This document shows, in pieces, positions 30,433-38,754 of a stretch of DNA of 64,000 nt. Source of the DNA: an uncultured virus (IMG/VR IMGVR_UViG_3300032294_002400) (lineage: Duplodnaviria; Heunggongvirae; Uroviricota; Caudoviricetes); the IMG/VR virus record IMGVR_UViG_3300032294_002400; one strand, written 5' to 3'. A program made the translations under genes and the position numbers. Position 1 is the stretch's first letter; each line of letters opens with the position of its first letter. A model generated the notes under the pieces. The model did no database searches. It was not told the DNA's origin and saw nothing but the letters and a program-made list of their open reading frames with translations.

Positions 30433-30969
30433 ATGAGTTCACTCAATTGGGGCGATCTTGTTAAAGACGCCGGAGAAACAGGCAGCTACGAACCACTACC
30501 AGACGGCGACTACGATCTTGTAGTTCAAGAAGCTGTTGCTAAGACTTCACAGTCTGGCAAGACAATGTTCGCACTTAAGGCGCAGGTACAAAACGGTGCG
30601 CACGCAAAGCGTCTTGTGTGGGATAACTTAGTAGTTACTCCAGAATCACCAGCAGCTCTCGGAATGTTCTTCCGTAAAATGGCAGCTCTCGGTCTTGGCC
30701 GTGAGTTCTTTGCAACCAATCCTTCTAACGCTGCAATTGAGCAGGCAGTTAAGGGTCGCGCATTTCGTGCACAAATTGGCTCACGCACTTGGCAGGGTCA
30801 AAAGAAGAACGAAATCAAGATGTACTACGTTGCAACAGCAGCGGCTGCACCATCAATTGCGGCAGCAGCACCTGCGCCAGCTCCAGCACCTGCTCCTGCA
30901 CCAGCGCCCGCGCCTGCAGCAGCTCCAGTAGCTGAAACACCAGCTGCTCCACCGGCAGCTCCATTCTAA
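30433..30969 (+). CDS. Single-stranded DNA-binding protein (DUF669-like)
   Basis: YEPLP.G.Y and S.SGK.M motifs, Pro/Ala-rich tail ending in PF; consistent synteny. Confidence 0.7.
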   Translation: MSSLNWGDLVKDAGETGSYEPLPDGDYDLVVQEAVAKTSQSGKTMFALKAQVQNGAHAKRLVWDNLVVTPESPAALGMFFRKMAALGLGREFFATNPSNAAIEQAVKGRAFRAQIGSRTWQGQKKNEIKMYYVATAAAAPSIAAAAPAPAPAPAPAPAPAPAAAPVAETPAAPPAAPF

Positions 30970-30972
30970 GAC

Positions 30973-31038
30973 CTAAGTAAGTCTGGTTTATCATCTATTC
31001 CTGGTACAGTGAATAGATGATATTCCAAATCTACTTAG
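30973..31038 (+). promoter_or_regulatory. Long stem-loop between SSB and the glycosyltransferase pair
   Basis: ATCATCTATTC/GAATAGATGAT 11-bp stem plus outer CTAAGTA/TACTTAG; abuts the AGAAAGG RBS. Confidence 0.55.
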
Positions 31039-31052
31039 AAAGGTAGTGGAGC

Positions 31053-32264
31053 ATGAAGGTATTGATGAGTGGTTTTACCGCGTTGCAAATCAACACGGAA
31101 AAACGTACAATACAAAAGATTGACGTGCCTGCGTCTATCGCAAAGGCATTACGTGAGGCTGGACATGAAGTTGACTGGCGTAAAATTACTCCAGGCGAGG
31201 ATCTTTCTGGCTATGACGTTTTATGGATCAATCTTGCTCCACTCAACTCATTAAATGGTCGTCAAGGTGCGATGGGTGCACTTTACGCTCTATCGTCAGG
31301 CATTCCTTGCGTAGGATTCTTTGATGATTGGCAGTTTAATACCGTATTCAATGGCGCTCGTGCTTTGATTCGCAAACCTGCGATGTTGTATAAGCATCTA
31401 CTTGTAGGGACTGAACATCGCGGTGAAGAAGGCGCAACTTATTTTAGTCGTGCAGATATTGAGGCAGCGCTTGAGCGTGTCAGAGAATTGAACCCAGCGG
31501 CTGCAAAGAAGTGTTATATCGAACGTTACTACATGATGGACACAGATGAAAACGTTCAGCCGTATGAAAAGCGTCTTGTTGAAGCAGCGCGTGATCTTTT
31601 AGCAGATCGTTGGACAGCAGGCATGGTTCCAGTTTGCCCTATGTACTCATTTGGTGATAGAGCCATTGTGCGTAAGCGCATGCCTGATGAAGTAGGACCT
31701 ATTGAAGCTCTTGATCCGACATCAACTGTTGTACCAACTCTTCAACCAGTAACCGCGCTCCCGTCAGAGCACAAGAAAAAAGCTTGGGTGCTTGGAGCTC
31801 TCATGCCACACGACACTTGGCTGGAAAAGAAAAATCCAGACTGGCCAGTCGAGATTGTTGGCAGTCGTAAGCTTATTAAGAAGCTTGGCGGACAGAGATT
31901 TGATACAGAGCAGGACGTTTTAGAATTCTACAATAAGCATTGGGGAATTCTTTCTCCACCGTACCCACATGCGGGGTCAGGCTGGTGGCGTAGTCGTTTT
32001 CTATATGCAGCGCACGTTGGTTCTATCCTTGTTACCGATAAAGGTGAAGGTGATCCACTAGGTGATGCGTATAAGTTAAAGATCTCCGACGTCGAGAAGA
32101 TGACAGACGCAGAGTTGCATGAAGCGGCTATGGCTCAACGTGCAGCTCTTGCTCCGTACTTGCCAGAGTATTCAGCGTTTGTAGATCATTGCGACCGTAT
32201 CATTAAGCGTGCGGTTGCGGAGGACAAAGGTCTTGCACGAAAGGCAGATGGTACTCTTGTATGA
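31053..32264 (+). CDS. GT-B-like glycosyltransferase, candidate DNA-base glycosyltransferase
   Basis: MKVLMSG, AL..AGHEV, DLS.YD, FFDDWQ and PPY...GWWR.R motifs; located in the DNA metabolism block. Confidence 0.6.
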   Translation: MKVLMSGFTALQINTEKRTIQKIDVPASIAKALREAGHEVDWRKITPGEDLSGYDVLWINLAPLNSLNGRQGAMGALYALSSGIPCVGFFDDWQFNTVFNGARALIRKPAMLYKHLLVGTEHRGEEGATYFSRADIEAALERVRELNPAAAKKCYIERYYMMDTDENVQPYEKRLVEAARDLLADRWTAGMVPVCPMYSFGDRAIVRKRMPDEVGPIEALDPTSTVVPTLQPVTALPSEHKKKAWVLGALMPHDTWLEKKNPDWPVEIVGSRKLIKKLGGQRFDTEQDVLEFYNKHWGILSPPYPHAGSGWWRSRFLYAAHVGSILVTDKGEGDPLGDAYKLKISDVEKMTDAELHEAAMAQRAALAPYLPEYSAFVDHCDRIIKRAVAEDKGLARKADGTLV

Positions 32265-33304
32265 GTAAAATTCTTATCACCGGAATGAGTGCGTCTCATT
32301 CATCTGAGAAAGCCAACTCGCGCTCGCTATCTTTTGCTGGCGTGATTAAGCTTGTGCTTGAACAGCAAGGGCATGAGGTTACACAGGCAAACCCTGAGGT
32401 CTCCTGGAACTTAAAAGATCTTGAACAATATGACTCCGTGCTTGTTGGAATCAGCCCGTTGACAAGTCTTAGCGCAAATCACGTCTATGGTGCGTTAAGT
32501 GTTATTGACGTGCTGCTTGATTCGCCTAAGCTCCATCTACTCATTGACGCACCAGAGCCTGCAAAGATTACAGCAAGCCTACGCGCAATGGTTAAGACTC
32601 CTGACAACCTCACCAAGCCTTTTTATTCATATCGCAAAGGGTTTAGCTCGGCTACTCAGCCAAACATGCTTGAAAACCTTCTAGAGGTTATAGATCATCT
32701 TGTCAACAAGAAATGGCCAACTACACTGTATCCAGCGTTGCCGTGGACAGATACTACAAAGCACATCGCTAATTATCTGCCAGACGGCGCGACAGATTCA
32801 CTTGTTGGAATCAACCTAGACGCTTATTTAATTTCTACGCAAGACATCATTGAAACCGAACGTCGTGAAAAGTGGGTTGTAGAAAATTACTCAACAAAGT
32901 GGATTAAGTCTACTACTGCAACTTTAGCCTTGCCTACCGTTCCTATGAAGTGGAATAAGGCTTGGACAGACGCGCAGGTATCCGCGCAGATAGCCTCTGG
33001 CTTTGGTGCGCTTATTCCTCCTTATTCTTCTAGCACGTGGTGGAGTTATAGATACATTCAATGCATGAATGGCTTAACTCCTATCGCGACAGACTGGAAG
33101 GAAAGCCAACTTGTTGGCTTATCATGGACACATCTTGCGTCAAGTATTGAAAGTATGACGCAGGAGCAACGTATTCAGCTTGCCAAGGATCAACGTAGCT
33201 CATATATTGAACATATACCTACACGTAGAGACGCGGCAGTCAGTTTATCACAGGCGCTAGATCTATTCACGAGAAAAGAGCAAACTAATGTCCACCTTGT
33301 TTGA
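32261..33304 (+). CDS. Paralogous GT-B-like glycosyltransferase
   Basis: KILITG, L...GHEV, DL..YD and PPY...WW.YRY align by eye with the previous ORF; ATGA coupling. Confidence 0.55.
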   Translation: MSKILITGMSASHSSEKANSRSLSFAGVIKLVLEQQGHEVTQANPEVSWNLKDLEQYDSVLVGISPLTSLSANHVYGALSVIDVLLDSPKLHLLIDAPEPAKITASLRAMVKTPDNLTKPFYSYRKGFSSATQPNMLENLLEVIDHLVNKKWPTTLYPALPWTDTTKHIANYLPDGATDSLVGINLDAYLISTQDIIETERREKWVVENYSTKWIKSTTATLALPTVPMKWNKAWTDAQVSAQIASGFGALIPPYSSSTWWSYRYIQCMNGLTPIATDWKESQLVGLSWTHLASSIESMTQEQRIQLAKDQRSSYIEHIPTRRDAAVSLSQALDLFTRKEQTNVHLV

Positions 33305-33773
33305 TAGTTGGTTAAAGCGTACACGTGACCTACAAAAAGACGTGTACTTTATTAACTATGAAGAAATGGAAGGCGACAAGGACGCAAACATCCGTCGTCT
33401 TATCGAGTACATGCGCTGGAACATGCTAGCCATTGACGACGAGCTTGCGGAGATGCGTCAGGCGATTTCATGGAAGCCTTGGCAGCATGACAAGCCTTAC
33501 GCAGACCGCGAAGAAATCATTAAAGAGGCAGTTGACGTTTTGCACTTTGTTGCAAATATCATCGTTGCGGCTGGCGGAACAGACGCACAGCTAAACAAGT
33601 ATTATCTTGAAAAGATGCAGCGTAACAAGCAGCGTCAGTTAGACGGATACAAGATTAAAGACATTGGAGTAAAGTGTGCTCTGTGTCAGCGCGCAATTGA
33701 CGACGTAGGGCGTGGTGCAACGCCTGATATGTGCGCTAAATGTTTACCTAAGGAGGATGGACACGATGCCTGA
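33288..33773 (+). CDS. All-alpha nucleotide pyrophosphohydrolase (dimeric dUTPase / dCTPase-like)
   Basis: E..E......WKPW, E..D..HF, Y..K...N..RQ..GY; C-terminal CxxC..CxxC. Confidence 0.8.
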   Translation: MSTLFDSWLKRTRDLQKDVYFINYEEMEGDKDANIRRLIEYMRWNMLAIDDELAEMRQAISWKPWQHDKPYADREEIIKEAVDVLHFVANIIVAAGGTDAQLNKYYLEKMQRNKQRQLDGYKIKDIGVKCALCQRAIDDVGRGATPDMCAKCLPKEDGHDA

Positions 33774-34185
33774 AATTAACGAGAAATGGATTAGAGAACA
33801 GATGCAGGAAGCAAAGGTAAAGGTTGGAACAGGAAAGGCTCTACTTGCATTGCTTGCTGAGTGGGAAAAGCTTACCTTATCTGTTCCACAGCAGAAGGAA
33901 GTTATCGCGCTGTTTGGACCTCTTGCTATGGGCCACTCTGTTTTGCCAGAGCAAAAAGACGAGATATGGATTGACGCACAGCCAGGAGCTATCTTAGTTG
34001 CAGACGAGGTACGTGTTAAGGCTGATGCTTATGACGGATCTACTGGTGCTATGCACAATGGACGACGCGGCAAGGTTGTTGCAGTACGCTACGGAGACGT
34101 GATCTTTAAGTCGACAGACGGCAAGGAGCCTTTGCTTGACGGAGCACATTATTCACCACACCAACTACAGAAGCGAGTCCGATAA
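33766..34185 (+). CDS. Hypothetical protein with C-terminal SH3/KOW-like segment
   Basis: ATG 33766 after AAGGAGG; D.VRV..HNGR.G.VV.VR.GD. Confidence 0.6.
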   Translation: MPEINEKWIREQMQEAKVKVGTGKALLALLAEWEKLTLSVPQQKEVIALFGPLAMGHSVLPEQKDEIWIDAQPGAILVADEVRVKADAYDGSTGAMHNGRRGKVVAVRYGDVIFKSTDGKEPLLDGAHYSPHQLQKRVR

Positions 34186-34382
34186 TGCGATCTAACATTG
34201 AACTAGTAGTACGCGGTAAGAACATTGATGAAATTCTTGCAAACGCAAAGAAAAGCTGGCAAGGTTTTATCAACGACCCTAACGCAGACCTTCCTCACGA
34301 CGCAGAGTTAAATGCAAAGGAAGATGGGTCAAAGGACATGATTGCGTACGTAACTATCCGCACAAAGATTGAAAGAGAATAA
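34185..34382 (+). CDS. Hypothetical protein
   Basis: Translationally coupled 65-aa ORF. Confidence 0.55.
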   Translation: MRSNIELVVRGKNIDEILANAKKSWQGFINDPNADLPHDAELNAKEDGSKDMIAYVTIRTKIERE

Positions 34383-34708
34383 TGATGACAGAGACAGAAG
34401 GTCAACTTACTAAGCCTCGTGTAGAAGCCTTACGCGAGGCCGCAAAGATTATCTCAGGCGACAGAGATGTACAGTACGGCGGTCCTGAGGAAAACTTTGC
34501 GCGTATCGCAAAGGTCTGGTCGATGATCCTCGGTGTTGAGATATCAAATGAAGATGTCGCAATGATGATGGTTGGGTTAAAGGTTGCACGTTACGCAAGT
34601 AAGTCTGGGTTCCAGGGAGATACCTGGATTGATATCGCAGGATACGCGGGTTGCGGCTATGAGGTAGGTATGTTGGAGCTGGAGAAAAAAGCTAATCTTT
34701 CTGCGTAA
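34382..34708 (+). CDS. DUF6378-like protein (often near nucleotide-metabolism genes)
   Basis: A...I.GDR...YG.P..NF.RIA..W, LKVAR and D...D.AGY motifs. Confidence 0.75.
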   Translation: MMTETEGQLTKPRVEALREAAKIISGDRDVQYGGPEENFARIAKVWSMILGVEISNEDVAMMMVGLKVARYASKSGFQGDTWIDIAGYAGCGYEVGMLELEKKANLSA

Positions 34709-34773
34709 ATAGCACGCGGTAAGCAATATCTCAGTATAAGGTCCTACCATACGAACTACGGAGGGTCTTACTA

Positions 34774-36039
34774 GTGTCTCAACATACCTTTATCGACTGC
34801 AACGGGCTTGCGGCGTTCATGAGTCTTGGCTTCGTGCAAAACGATATGAAGATGATTCAACGCACTGGAACGCTAAACTTTGGAAACGTTGTTGCAGAAA
34901 ATAATCGTCATCTTCTTGGAGATGACTGGACAGCTGAGTTTTCAGACGATCCTAATGAATGGCGTGTACAAAAGGCAGACATAGTTATGGGTTGCCCTCC
35001 TTGCTCCGGTTGGTCGGTATGGTCTGGCCCTGCTAATCGTGGACCTGACTCTAAGGCGCACGAACACACCGTAGCCTTTATGAAATACGCAGGACGTGTA
35101 AAACCACGCGCTATTGTTTTTGAGTGTGTACAGCAGGCGTACACGCAAGGGCGCGATGTAATGGTTAAATACCGTGACATGGTTGAACAGATCTCAGGAA
35201 AGAAATACGATCTGTATCACGTTAAAGAAAATAATTTACAGGTTGGCGGATTTTCGTATCGTCCGCGCTACTTCTGGGTAGCGGTAGAATCTGGCCTTAA
35301 GTTTTCAGCTCCTATCATCGAGCCAAAAGAACTTCCACGCATCATGGACATCATCGGCGATCTTGCAGAGATGCCTCAGACATGGAACAAGCAAAAGTAT
35401 ACAGCGCCTGCGCCTTCTAAGTGGGTTAAGCACCTGCGCTCAAAAGATGGGCTTATTGACGGCCACATCGGCAAATCAAATATTCACGCACAACGTATTG
35501 AAGAAATCTTTAGCATTATCGGCAATGACGGCTGGGAAGGAAACGGTGACACAGGCGGTGCGCTTAAAAAAGCCGTAGACTTAAATGACGGCAAGTTTCC
35601 ACAAAAGTGGATTGATATTTCTCCTCGTGTTATTCGCAAGAATTTTAAGCTTGGATTTTCACAGCCATATCGTTGGAAGGAAGATCACTGGTGCAACGTG
35701 CTAACTGGCTCGGCGTTAGATCACGTTGTTCACCCAACACAGCCACGACTGATTACCCACCGTGAGTCTGCTCGTATGCAAGGTCTTCCTGATGATTGGA
35801 ATATTGAAGCCTCACGTGACTACTCACACCTTGCGGCTGTATGGGGCAAGGCTGTACCTGTGCAGGCAGCTAATTGGCTTGGTAGCGCGATTAAGGCGTC
35901 ACTAGACGGCAACCCACAAGGACCAGACGCAGAGTTAATTGGAGATCGCGAATATCTTATTGACGCTGACAAAGGATTCTCTCGACACTACGCTAAGAAA
36001 AAGTGGTACAGTAGCCCTATGGAGACAGCTAGCGAATGA
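34774..36039 (+). CDS. DNA (cytosine-5)-methyltransferase-fold enzyme with atypical cofactor motifs
   Basis: Motif IV GCPPCSGWS, VI FECV, VIII R.R.F, IX R.IT.RE.AR.QG.PD, X GKAVP. Motif I is DCNGLAA instead of FxGxG. Confidence 0.85.
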   Translation: MSQHTFIDCNGLAAFMSLGFVQNDMKMIQRTGTLNFGNVVAENNRHLLGDDWTAEFSDDPNEWRVQKADIVMGCPPCSGWSVWSGPANRGPDSKAHEHTVAFMKYAGRVKPRAIVFECVQQAYTQGRDVMVKYRDMVEQISGKKYDLYHVKENNLQVGGFSYRPRYFWVAVESGLKFSAPIIEPKELPRIMDIIGDLAEMPQTWNKQKYTAPAPSKWVKHLRSKDGLIDGHIGKSNIHAQRIEEIFSIIGNDGWEGNGDTGGALKKAVDLNDGKFPQKWIDISPRVIRKNFKLGFSQPYRWKEDHWCNVLTGSALDHVVHPTQPRLITHRESARMQGLPDDWNIEASRDYSHLAAVWGKAVPVQAANWLGSAIKASLDGNPQGPDAELIGDREYLIDADKGFSRHYAKKKWYSSPMETASE

Positions 36040-36335
36040 AACATATCCGCACGTACGATGACAATCTCGTGCCGATTTGCGAACGATGCTGGATAGACGA
36101 AAATAGTCTATGGGAAGCTGACAGCGTAGACATCAACGGTAATATCATTACCCGTCTTATCAGCGTCACCGTACCTATCGAGTTGTCCCCAGGCGCGGTG
36201 TCAGATTGCTACGTATGCGGAAGATTAACCGTCGTAGGTATCTACATCTCATCCATTGAGCTAGACGGGGAAGATCCAATTGATGATTTAGAGGAAGAGC
36301 CTATTCACGAGGAGCCTAAGCCCGACGAGCTATAA
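36036..36335 (+). CDS. Hypothetical zinc-ribbon-like protein
   Basis: CERC and CYVC; acidic tail. Confidence 0.55.
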   Translation: MKHIRTYDDNLVPICERCWIDENSLWEADSVDINGNIITRLISVTVPIELSPGAVSDCYVCGRLTVVGIYISSIELDGEDPIDDLEEEPIHEEPKPDEL

Positions 36336-36374
36336 TTCCTGTTATAATTTACACAATGACGAACGGACGGATAT

Positions 36375-36902
36375 ATGCAAACATTTCTACCTCAGACTAG
36401 TTCCTTCGAGCAAATTGCTCAAGAGCTAGATAACAAACGCCTTAATAAGCAAGTACTTGAGGCCTGGCAGCTTATGCTAGTTCTTACTTCGCTAAATCCA
36501 CAAGGTGAACACCGTGACCCTAAAGGCTGGCGCAATCACCCTGCGGCGAAGATGTGGGAAGGACACGAAAAAGCCTTAGCCTTATACGCAACTGTAATGT
36601 GCGACGAGTGGCTTAAGCGTGGCTACAAATCTACGATGATTCCTAAGATCAACGCTACGTTTTCTCGCGCCCTAGAACTTGGCCGCGCCGAGGACAAGCT
36701 AACCTTCCCGTGGTGGATGGAAGACAAGAACAAGTATGAAGAGCTAGCGTCTACTCACCGTGTTGCATTATTGCGCAAAGAGTACGAGTGGTACTCCAAG
36801 TTCGGCTGGCCAGAGGATAATGGCTACCGCCCAGCCCATTACCAATACCTATGGCCTGACAATAACGGTAGCCTTTACTTGGGCACCTTTAACGCCGCTT
36901 AA
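36375..36902 (+). CDS. Pyrimidine-dimer DNA glycosylase / endonuclease V-like (MSMEG_6728-like)
   Basis: MQTFLP, LD.KRL.KQ..E..Q, W.NHPA..MW, SH...LLRK and Y.WP motifs; own TATAAT at 36343. Confidence 0.8.
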   Translation: MQTFLPQTSSFEQIAQELDNKRLNKQVLEAWQLMLVLTSLNPQGEHRDPKGWRNHPAAKMWEGHEKALALYATVMCDEWLKRGYKSTMIPKINATFSRALELGRAEDKLTFPWWMEDKNKYEELASTHRVALLRKEYEWYSKFGWPEDNGYRPAHYQYLWPDNNGSLYLGTFNAA

Positions 36903-37043
36903 TAAGCTACTCAGTGACGCTTAGAGACACTTTCACGTCTAGCCTGAGGTAATTTATTGTTCTAAAATAGTCGGTGTTTGCCCGCGCAATCGTGCGCCTT
37001 TCAGTGTAATATTCCCTTAACGACGGCAACGCTAAGGGGAATT

Positions 37044-37388
37044 GTGAAGGACTCACGTGTAGGTGAGCTTCTGTGGAAGGAATGGACGGGAAGTGGCTAT
37101 GAGCCTCTTCACGAGGACACCGTTACCTTCTTCACAGAAGATCACGTTGATCTTGAAAATGAGCTTATTCGACGTGCATTGGCATCTGCCTTGCAACGTG
37201 ATGGTGTCTCTGTTTCGCTAGGCAGCGGGTTTAAGTATCTTGATTCTGCGGTGATCAACTACGGCTACGCAGGAGAAGTTGACGGCGATACGGACTTCAC
37301 CGCATGCGATGAAGACGGCGAAACACGTGAAGGTGAAATTGTAGATCATACTCTCCCCATAACATGGGTCGAGGTAATGGCAGAATGA
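37044..37388 (+). CDS. Hypothetical acidic protein
   Basis: Probable GTG start at 37044 after AAGGGGA. Confidence 0.55.
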   Translation: MKDSRVGELLWKEWTGSGYEPLHEDTVTFFTEDHVDLENELIRRALASALQRDGVSVSLGSGFKYLDSAVINYGYAGEVDGDTDFTACDEDGETREGEIVDHTLPITWVEVMAE

Positions 37389-37894
37389 GCGGATCACTAG
37401 ATCTTAGTTGGCAAAAAGATTCAGCATGTGGACAGCAGGTAAATGAAGATTTTAGAGATTTCTTCTTTTCGTCCGAGCCTGCAGAAAAATATCAAGCAAA
37501 GAACCTTTGCTTCTCTTGCCCTGTAAGAAAAGAATGCCTAAAGTGGGCGCTTGAACATAAACAGATCTGGGGAATCTGGGGAGGAAAGGACGAAGGAGAG
37601 ATTCGTCGCACGCTTTCTGTATCCTGGAACGGACAGGAATCACGTCGTCAACGTTTCCCGCAATGCCCTTATTGCAACGCGCGACCAAATAAACTTAAGA
37701 CATTGGTTGTAGATACTCCAGGCGGAGGACGTTGGGCGACTATGCGTCTTGTTAAGTGCGAAGCTTGCGACTTTACCTGGCGCTCACGAACAAGCGCTAA
37801 CGCGGTAGATGCGTATCATACACAGCGGGAAGAGAAACTTGCAAAGGCTAAGACTAAGAAGATAAAGAAGAAAAAGAAAAAAGAAACGACTTAG
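37385..37894 (+). CDS. whiB: WhiB-family transcription factor with C-terminal zinc ribbon and basic tail
   Basis: W...AC, AK..C..CPV...C...AL and GIWGG; extra CPYC..CEAC; Lys-rich end. Confidence 0.88.
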   Translation: MSGSLDLSWQKDSACGQQVNEDFRDFFFSSEPAEKYQAKNLCFSCPVRKECLKWALEHKQIWGIWGGKDEGEIRRTLSVSWNGQESRRQRFPQCPYCNARPNKLKTLVVDTPGGGRWATMRLVKCEACDFTWRSRTSANAVDAYHTQREEKLAKAKTKKIKKKKKKETT

Positions 37895-38754
37895 ATCTCT
37901 CGTTCTCTGTAAAGTTTTGTTTGTGTTGCTGGATCTTTAAGATGCTCCATCCACCAGCGACAGGCTTTTTCATTTTCTGTCAATGTTAAGACTCCCCAGA
38001 TGCGACGATTATCTAGGTATTGAGGAATTCCTGCCTTACGTGCAGACTCCGAAAAGATCATATACTCCCAGCGATCTGACTCCTCCATGTAACTCAACTT
38101 GTCGATGTACTCGCGCTTAATCAAATATGTGCAGTGAACGCACATGCAGTCAATTAGACCTTTAATGTCCTGGTCAAGAATCTTATAGTACATGTCGTTA
38201 GCAATAATAGAGCCGTAGTCGTCTACAACATGATGGTAATTTGAGTAGTACTGTCCGCGATGTCCCTTGATCTTTTCCGCTTCCTCAGGAGTATCCTCAA
38301 CGTCTCCAAACGCAACCGCGTACCGCAGCATTGGCGAGACGATAGGAAGCTGAAGTGCAACAAGTTCCTTTAAAGTATCTGGGTAGATAAAGTTGTCAAT
38401 GTCTACTACAAAGTAATAGTCCGCATCGGAAAGAAGAGATTGACGTAGGCTTTCCTGGCGAATACGCGCAAGGACTCTAAAGCGTTCGCCGTTCCATGTA
38501 TGGACACCATATTGCTCGATGTTTTCCGGAACATTTTTAGTCTCGAAAGAGATGCTACGATATTTAGGACCGTGGATACCGATCCAATCTGCAAGGATTG
38601 CCTCGGTGTTATCAGTGTTGTTGTTCGTACGAACGTATAGATGGATCTTGTCCTTAGGGTAGTCCCATGCCTCAAGATTCTCCAGGAAAAAATTAAGTAC
38701 ACCTTCCTTTTGCTTTGCCAGTAAAGCTACAAAGACTACGGGTGCATCTGTCAT
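37891..38754 (-). CDS. Glycosyltransferase resembling the N-terminal GT-A domain of procollagen galactosyltransferase (COLGALT/GLT25D)
   Basis: VALLAK..L..L....YPK..I.L...T.NN.DNT..IL..W, W...R.....RQ..L, DY.F.VD.DN, P..L..L......V.PML, YSNY and VH.TYLI. Confidence 0.75.
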   Translation of the reverse strand: MTDAPVVFVALLAKQKEGVLNFFLENLEAWDYPKDKIHLYVRTNNNTDNTEAILADWIGIHGPKYRSISFETKNVPENIEQYGVHTWNGERFRVLARIRQESLRQSLLSDADYYFVVDIDNFIYPDTLKELVALQLPIVSPMLRYAVAFGDVEDTPEEAEKIKGHRGQYYSNYHHVVDDYGSIIANDMYYKILDQDIKGLIDCMCVHCTYLIKREYIDKLSYMEESDRWEYMIFSESARKAGIPQYLDNRRIWGVLTLTENEKACRWWMEHLKDPATQTKLYREREI

